Assembly (NCBI GenBank): GCA_964487555.1
Contig: CAZART010000026.1
Span: forward strand, 16,144-44,993
DNA: 28,850 nucleotides
Reading direction: 5' to 3'
From: an uncultured Rhodothermales bacterium
GTDB lineage: Bacteria > Bacteroidota > Rhodothermia > Rhodothermales > VXPQ01
Shown here piece by piece: positions 20,001-24,563 of the stretch. The position numbers and the translations under genes are program-made. Positions within the stretch are counted from its first letter, which is position 1; each line of letters starts with the position of its first letter. The notes under the pieces were generated by a model. The model did no database searches, had not been told where the DNA came from, and was given only the letters and a program-made list of their open reading frames with translations.

Positions 20001-21183
20001 CATGGGCCATCCGGGTCCTCACGGCCGGCGCGGATACGGCCAGCTCAGGGACGTCGTCGCCATCGAGGTCGTTCAGCGCGGCTACATCCCACCCGAAATT
20101 CGTGCTATCCCGAAGCATGCCCTGAAACCCGCCGTCCGTGCGGCCGATCTTCTGATGCTCACTGACCGTACCGTCTCGGTTCATGAACAAGACCCATACG
20201 ACGCCATTCCAGCAGTTGGGCGTCTCGCAGCCATCGTCGTTATACCTTCCGCTCCCGACCAGTTCCGGCACACCGTCCCCATCGAGATCCAGGCTCGTGA
20301 TGCCCGGTCTGCCGAAGCCCTCCCTCGGACCCTCACCTATGAATCCACCCAGCCGGCATGTAAGATCGTCGTCGGAATCATGAAAATTACAGATGTGCTG
20401 AAAATCCGCCACTCCGTCGTCGTCGTCGAGAAAAGTAATGGTGATTCCGTCCCCGAACGACGTGTAGTCGGGATTCCGATCACCGTTGATATCCATGGCG
20501 CGGTCTCCTTCCGTAGCGCGACAGTGGTTCCAGTCTATGCCTTGCGGATGGGGCTCGTACTCACACACCGTCATCGTATCTCTGGCTGTGCCGTCGCGGT
20601 TGAGGTACAAGATCTTTGTATGGGATTTGTGGACGGAGGCATCAGGCAATGCTATAGCGCCTATCAGATCGGGTACGTCGTCGCCATCGACGTATCCCAG
20701 GGGTGTGACTCCGCCGACCGGTTCTAAACTCCCGTCGCCGCGCTTCAGCGCAATTTGCTGATAGCTGAGCACCGTACCGTCGGTGTGGATGAATAGGGTC
20801 CACACCGTCTGACCCGCCGCGAATGCCAGATCGTTGACGCCGTTCCCGTCCACGTCGCCTGCATTCACGAGCGTATGAAATTGTCCTTCAAGATCACCGC
20901 TGAATCTAATTCCGTTTTCGGCCCTTCCGCGCGGGTCTCCTTCGGTGGCACTGATTTTATGCGGCGTGGTGAGCTGAGCCTCCGCGACGACCGGCACCAT
21001 CAGGCCGAGCACGAGCGCGAGCGTTGCGCTACGAAATGCTGTCCGGAGCGCCGTACGGAATGCGGGTCGACGCGCGGTACGATGCACCCTTTGAAGCGGT
21101 ACGCGAAACGTATTACGAAGCCCGGTCTGGAATGCCTTTCGGCTCCCGGACATCACCTTCATTGGTCTGTATGCATCAGACAT
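17026..21183 (-). CDS. Very large FG-GAP (integrin-alpha-like/VCBS-type) repeat protein with T9SS C-terminal sorting domain
   Basis: More than ten units of the form FG-ALA-LGD(L/V)(D/N)GDG--DLAVGAP-DD-----GAVW(I/L)LFL--DGTV. Examples are FGAALASLGDLDGDGVEDLAVGAPDDDGGGSVRGAVWILFLKPDGTI and FGAAVASLGDLSGDGRPNLAVGAPFDDEQGPDRGAVWLL. A non-repeat beta-rich middle region follows. The T9SS CTD is FELFQNFPNPFEHATTLRYGVPEASAVLLEVYDLLGRRVARLV...GTYLVRMRSGGTIRTLSIVRVR. I prefer the ATG at 21183 (GGGAGGA 5 nt upstream) over the GTG at 21216. The signal peptide core is ATLALVLGLMVPVVAEAQ, after a long Arg-rich n-region. Confidence 0.9.
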   Translation of the reverse strand: MSDAYRPMKVMSGSRKAFQTGLRNTFRVPLQRVHRTARRPAFRTALRTAFRSATLALVLGLMVPVVAEAQLTTPHKISATEGDPRGRAENGIRFSGDLEGQFHTLVNAGDVDGNGVNDLAFAAGQTVWTLFIHTDGTVLSYQQIALKRGDGSLEPVGGVTPLGYVDGDDVPDLIGAIALPDASVHKSHTKILYLNRDGTARDTMTVCEYEPHPQGIDWNHCRATEGDRAMDINGDRNPDYTSFGDGITITFLDDDDGVADFQHICNFHDSDDDLTCRLGGFIGEGPREGFGRPGITSLDLDGDGVPELVGSGRYNDDGCETPNCWNGVVWVLFMNRDGTVSEHQKIGRTDGGFQGMLRDSTNFGWDVAALNDLDGDDVPELAVSAPAVRTRMAHGPAAMRERFHGEVWILFMNLNGTVKREHKIASNEGGFDGTLLANDYFGRLLTALGDTDNDPETVETLVVSSDIVAAGTGNDREDSNGALWFLFLREDGTVKRTHQVRSADFLFQPDDFDHFGAALASLGDLDGDGVEDLAVGAPDDDGGGSVRGAVWILFLKPDGTIRRHQRISASSSAFGGTLNDNDRFGAALAQVGERGADGVTLAVGAPGDDGRGAVWILHLDDDGVVRSHEKIDASTLGISVSEGDEFGAAVASLGDLSGDGRPNLAVGAPFDDEQGPDRGAVWLLNLNENGTVTADRVLSDPETPQFGRALADLGPRAGGRGLAVGADGDAGLHILQIEADGSTARSTAIRPDDINVDDLTGALAGLGDIDGDGNWELIVGASKGGQEGMTLLFLTAEDSVKDTQHLTSFDAPTPTGFGRALAGLGDVEDGVIDVAIGAPLTRAGGIDRGAIWLTSLRELLGVTIEESGVDPAVPTPDQDVVVTASIHDRSGDGLQASLFYRRGGDTTFSSKPLVERPPGKFSETIWGHERGVEYYISAANSFHSTSLPEVGTISVPFYVPDGLRHPLHAGTEAAAYRLISVPLDLDEKNVRAVLEDDLGPYDRTKWRFFDDDQITELVGVYQELRPGDAYWLLVKEAGKELTTGAGLSLRTDEPFRIPLHDGWNLVSSPFSFPVPVANVRATSGRAIELLKFEGSWSSLHDALMPFAGYAVFSPGSDELLINPDVSAAGRGESVQGAGREGVFEWFIRILASQGEAGDAHTFAAVSSNASVGLDELDRPEPPGIGEFVRVSFPHAEWKTNAVRYSADVRPVPEDEERWTVAVQTRRSGRVDLQFDGVKTVPSLYGVWLVDEVAGVRQDLRAQPHYAVASGGDGQERRLTLLVTPGRDAGPEIPSSFELFQNFPNPFEHATTLRYGVPEASAVLLEVYDLLGRRVARLVEGNASAGYHAAVWNGRSEAGVPVGSGTYLVRMRSGGTIRTLSIVRVR

Positions 21184-21252
21184 TGCTATCCTCCCATCTT
21201 TGGGAATCGATTCCACGCTCGCGAAAACTCAATCCGGCAGTCCCTTCTCGAG

Positions 21253-21771
21253 TCACTGTTCGGGATACACCGGCGGCGCCGGCAGATCCGGTACCTCTTC
21301 GTTTCGCAAAAGAAACGGTAGGGCCGCGACGCTGCCGACGACCACGGTGCGGCCGGCCCAATGGTACCAGGCATTGCCGCGCCACAGCCACGTGTACCAC
21401 CGCGGTTTGAGGTCGCTGACGAGGTCGGTGAACACGCGGGGATCGGTCTGTGGATCGGGCTTGAAGCGGCCGTCCGCTTTCAGCAACATCCGCACAGACC
21501 GGCGGGCCTCCTGGAGCGAGTCCCGGGCAACGTAGGAGAGCGCCATGAGCCGATATGCGCTCACGCGCTGGTCTTTCGGAGTGAACCCGTTCGGCAGGCA
21601 CGGCCGGAGGAGTCCGATCGTGCTCGCGAAACGGCCTACGTCGTACGTGTCGGCGGCCTCCGACAAGGTGGCGGCGTCGCACCCGGCCTGTGCCGCCCCG
21701 TTTTGAGCCGGGACCAGAAGTCCCAGCGCGAGAAGCAACGCGATGGAATGATGGCGAATGATCTTGGTCAT
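21253..21771 (-). CDS. Small TPR-like protein with signal peptide and C-terminal membrane anchor
   Basis: The ATG at 21771 overlaps the TGA of the upstream gene (ATGA), with a purine-rich GAGGAAGAGGAA just upstream. Signal peptide MTKIIRHHSIALLLALGLLVPAQNGAAQA. One TPR-like helical hairpin: AYRLMALSYVARDSLQEARRSVRMLLKADGRFKPD. Hydrophobic helix WYHWAGRTVVVGSVAALPFLL near the C-terminus, then a short Pro-rich tail. Family not recognised with certainty. Confidence 0.7.
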   Translation of the reverse strand: MTKIIRHHSIALLLALGLLVPAQNGAAQAGCDAATLSEAADTYDVGRFASTIGLLRPCLPNGFTPKDQRVSAYRLMALSYVARDSLQEARRSVRMLLKADGRFKPDPQTDPRVFTDLVSDLKPRWYTWLWRGNAWYHWAGRTVVVGSVAALPFLLRNEEVPDLPAPPVYPEQ

Positions 21772-24563
21772 TGTTCCTCTTCCTCTGTGCCCCTCGACGG
21801 CTTGCCCCGGTCGGCAGCCGTTAGCGAGCAAGGTTGATAGTCGCGTTCATAGGGGAAGTCATCACCGATGAATTGAGTCCACTCTTCCGGGCGCAGCTCG
21901 CGCCCTTTTACCGACGTGCAGACGGCCTCGGCAAGGCGCCCCGGCTTGACGTTCCAAAGGCGGATGGTGCGGTCGGCGCCCGCCGACGCCAGTCGCGTTC
22001 CATCGGGGCTGAACGCCAGCGACCAAACCCACGAGGCGTGATCCTGAAGGAGAATCGGACGCGTATCCAGCCGCCCGACATCCCATACCTGCACGCTGTG
22101 GTCGGCACTGCCGGACGCGAGGGTCTCACCATCGCTGCTAAACGCCACGGCGTGAACCGGGCCTTCGTGACCCCGCAGCGTCCGCGCAACGTCCGGCACG
22201 GCGTCCGAGGCCTTCAACCGCCATAACCTGACCAGCAGGCTGTCACCGCCCGATGCCAGAAGCGTGCCGTCGGGGCTAAACACCAGACCGTGCAGGATGC
22301 CTTGCCCCGCGTCCCACGTGGTGGGCCGGCCTTCGGGTTCCTGCCAGGCCCAGAGCTGCAGACGGCCGTTCTCACCGCCGATGGCGAGCAACCGTCCGTC
22401 CGGGCTGAAGGAAAGCGAGCGGATCCGCGTACGGACGTCCAGCTCGACCGAATCGCGATCGGCACCCATGCTGCGGACGACGACGGTATGGTCCGCTCCT
22501 GCGGAGGCCAGGTGCGAGCCGTCGGGGGAGAAGGCCAGCGTCCAGACGCCGCTCTCGTGGCGTCCGATCGTCTCCGGCACCGGTGTTTCCGCGTCCAGGC
22601 CGCTCCAGATCCGCACGGTGAGATCGTCGCCGGCCGAGGCCAGCATCGTTCCATCGGGGCTGAAGGCCACGCTCCGCACGGCGGCTCGGTGACCCTTCAA
22701 CTGCTTCCGTTCGCCGCCGGTACCGTTCGGCCACAGGGTTACGCCGCCGGCGTCGTCTCCGGCGGCGACCCAGTGGCCATCGGGACCGTACGCCACGGAA
22801 CGCACCTGAGCCTCCGCCGCGAAAACCTCTGGACCACCTGCGTCGTCGTCGGCATCGAGGGCGTTGAGGCTCTGAAGCAGGGCGTCATAGACGGGATCCA
22901 GAAACTCCCCTTCGCCTTCCCGGCTGAACAAATAGGCCTGCCGGGCCAGCAGCGCTCCCAGTTCGGCATCGCCGAGTCGGAGTTGGCGGGTGGCCGTGCT
23001 GGCCAGAGCGATGGTAATGGTCTCGAGCCGCGCCGCCTGGGTCTCGTCGAGACGCGTTTCCGCCACCGAGCGAAGTGAGTCGGAGACGTGGACTTCGGCC
23101 GCCAGCTGCGTGTTGAGCGAGTCGGAAACGGCAAACTGGGCGGCGAGCTGGGCGTTGACCGCCTCCGTCTCGAGCCGCAGGGCATCGGAGACCGCAAACT
23201 CGGCCGCCAGCTGCGTGTTGATCGCTTCCGTTCCGGCTCGAAGAGAGTCTGAAATCCGAACCTGGTTGGACAACTGCACGTTGGCCGCTTGCGCCGCTGC
23301 GTGGAGGGAGTCGGTGATCTGGATCTGGTCCGACAACTGCTGGTTCAGCGCTTCTTGAACCGCGCTCTGCCGTTCTGCCTGGCCCGCCCGCTGGGTTTGC
23401 AGTACGAAGAGGCCGAGCAGAACCACCGACATGAAGAGGGCCGCCACGAGGCCGAGCACGGCGGGAGGCACGCGCCGGATCCAATGCTCCGGCCACTGGT
23501 CCTTGAGCCATGAGCGGTTGAAGACCGCCGCATAGATCGGGTTGCGGACTTCCAACCGGCCGTTTTGTCGTCCGACGATGCCGGAGAGCTTGAGGTGCGT
23601 GATGGGGGCCGATTGTACGTCGTCGGGTACGCGCCGCCCCTGTAGGATGGCCTGGTACGTGGCCAGAACCGCGCTCGGATCCGCCGCCCGGCGCGTCAAC
23701 ATGTCGTGGACGAAGCGTAGATTGCTGTCGTGCTCGCTCTGCTGCCCGAGGAACGTCGCCGTCACGGCGCGGTCGACGTCCACGTCGGTTGACCCGATGT
23801 GCTGCTGCTCGGCGATGACCTGACAGAGCCGCTGCGTCAGGTACGGATGGCCGCCGGTCCAGCGTACGACGTCACGAAGTTGCTGCCGCGCTTCGTCCGC
23901 AGGCAGGTCGAATCCGCCGGCCAGCGGCATCGCTTCGTCTTCAGTGAAGTAGTCCAGGTCTATACGTCGACCGACGTTAAAAGGGGTGCGGCGAGGGTCG
24001 CCGATCAGGTCGTTCGGCGTGGCCACACCGATCAGGACGAATGAGAGCCGCTTGAAGGCAGGAACAGTGGATCGGGCGTTATGGACGTATCGGATCGCGG
24101 CAAAGAAATCATCGGTGAACGGCAGACTCAGCGTGCTGTCGATTTCGTCGATAAAGATCACTACCGGTTCGGCGATCTCTTCCAGCAGGATTTCTTGCAA
24201 AAACTGCGTTAACCGCTGCGTGAAGCCAAGTTGCTCGTGGGTCTTCCACCAGGTAAAAACGTCGGCCTTCAGCCGGAGGCGGCGGCTGATCGCCATGATG
24301 AGACCGAAGTACCACGCCTCATCCTCGACCTGGACGCCCATCTGACTCAGATCTATGATTACGGAGCGCACGCCTTCGTCGGCCAGCCGTTCGGCCGTTC
24401 GGATCATGAGGCTGGACTTGCCCATCTGCCGAGCCGTCAACACGAAGGCGAACGTTTGGCTGCGGCAGAGTTGGAGAAGCTCGTCGTCGACCTCGCGCGG
24501 GATGTAGAGACCGCTGCCGGCCTGCACGGTCCCGCCTATGGTAAAGATGTTTTCTTTAGCCAT
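21768..24563 (-). CDS. AAA-like (PF14516/AAA_35-like, STAND-style) P-loop NTPase, followed by one TM helix, a 21-residue-repeat coiled coil and a 7-blade WD40 propeller
   Basis: The N-terminal roughly 355 aa follow the pattern I know from cyanobacterial AAA-like domain proteins. That pattern is FTIGGTVQAGSGLYIPREVDDELLQ...FAFVLTARQMGKSSL (Walker A), VVIFIDEIDS (Walker B), RRTPFNVGRRIDL and WTGGHPYLTQRLCQ. The remaining elements are annotated as separate sub-features. The ATG at 24563 lies inside the last codons of the upstream gene (an 8-nt overlap). Confidence 0.9.
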   Translation of the reverse strand: MAKENIFTIGGTVQAGSGLYIPREVDDELLQLCRSQTFAFVLTARQMGKSSLMIRTAERLADEGVRSVIIDLSQMGVQVEDEAWYFGLIMAISRRLRLKADVFTWWKTHEQLGFTQRLTQFLQEILLEEIAEPVVIFIDEIDSTLSLPFTDDFFAAIRYVHNARSTVPAFKRLSFVLIGVATPNDLIGDPRRTPFNVGRRIDLDYFTEDEAMPLAGGFDLPADEARQQLRDVVRWTGGHPYLTQRLCQVIAEQQHIGSTDVDVDRAVTATFLGQQSEHDSNLRFVHDMLTRRAADPSAVLATYQAILQGRRVPDDVQSAPITHLKLSGIVGRQNGRLEVRNPIYAAVFNRSWLKDQWPEHWIRRVPPAVLGLVAALFMSVVLLGLFVLQTQRAGQAERQSAVQEALNQQLSDQIQITDSLHAAAQAANVQLSNQVRISDSLRAGTEAINTQLAAEFAVSDALRLETEAVNAQLAAQFAVSDSLNTQLAAEVHVSDSLRSVAETRLDETQAARLETITIALASTATRQLRLGDAELGALLARQAYLFSREGEGEFLDPVYDALLQSLNALDADDDAGGPEVFAAEAQVRSVAYGPDGHWVAAGDDAGGVTLWPNGTGGERKQLKGHRAAVRSVAFSPDGTMLASAGDDLTVRIWSGLDAETPVPETIGRHESGVWTLAFSPDGSHLASAGADHTVVVRSMGADRDSVELDVRTRIRSLSFSPDGRLLAIGGENGRLQLWAWQEPEGRPTTWDAGQGILHGLVFSPDGTLLASGGDSLLVRLWRLKASDAVPDVARTLRGHEGPVHAVAFSSDGETLASGSADHSVQVWDVGRLDTRPILLQDHASWVWSLAFSPDGTRLASAGADRTIRLWNVKPGRLAEAVCTSVKGRELRPEEWTQFIGDDFPYERDYQPCSLTAADRGKPSRGTEEEEQ
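21939..22817 (-). other. WD40 beta-propeller, 7 blades (sub-feature of CDS 21768..24563)
   Basis: Seven units. (1) VRSVAYGPDGHWVAAGDDAGGVTLW. (2) GHRAAVRSVAFSPDGTMLASAGDDLTVRIW. (3) RHESGVWTLAFSPDGSHLASAGADHTVVVR. (4) IRSLSFSPDGRLLAIGGENGRLQLW. (5) ILHGLVFSPDGTLLASGGDSLLVRLW. (6) GHEGPVHAVAFSSDGETLASGSADHSVQVW. (7) DHASWVWSLAFSPDGTRLASAGADRTIRLW. Confidence 0.9.
23052..23345 (-). repeat. In-frame degenerate tandem repeat, 63-nt / 21-aa unit (five units of 21, 21, 21, 14 and 21 aa) encoding a probable coiled coil
   Basis: Protein residues 407-504 of CDS 21768..24563. The units are NQQLSDQIQITDSLHAAAQAA, NVQLSNQVRISDSLRAGTEAI, NTQLAAEFAVSDALRLETEAV, NAQLAAQFAVSDSL and NTQLAAEVHVSDSLRSVAETR. 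All unit lengths are multiples of 7. The periodicity is also visible in the DNA (recurring gccagctgcgtgtt...gagtcgga). Confidence 0.75.
23400..23471 (-). other. Predicted single transmembrane helix (sub-feature of CDS 21768..24563)
   Basis: Residues 365-388, VPPAVLGLVAALFMSVVLLGLFVL, form an uninterrupted 24-residue hydrophobic stretch. It is preceded by HWIRR (positive-inside on the NTPase side) and followed by QTQRAGQAERQ. Confidence 0.7.

Noticed and set aside
21203-21214. Perfect 12-bp palindrome GGAATCGATTCC just upstream of the FG-GAP gene start, considered as an operator.
   Set aside because: About 7 perfect 6+6 palindromes are expected by chance in 28.8 kb (28850 x 4^-6). There is no second copy or other supporting context.
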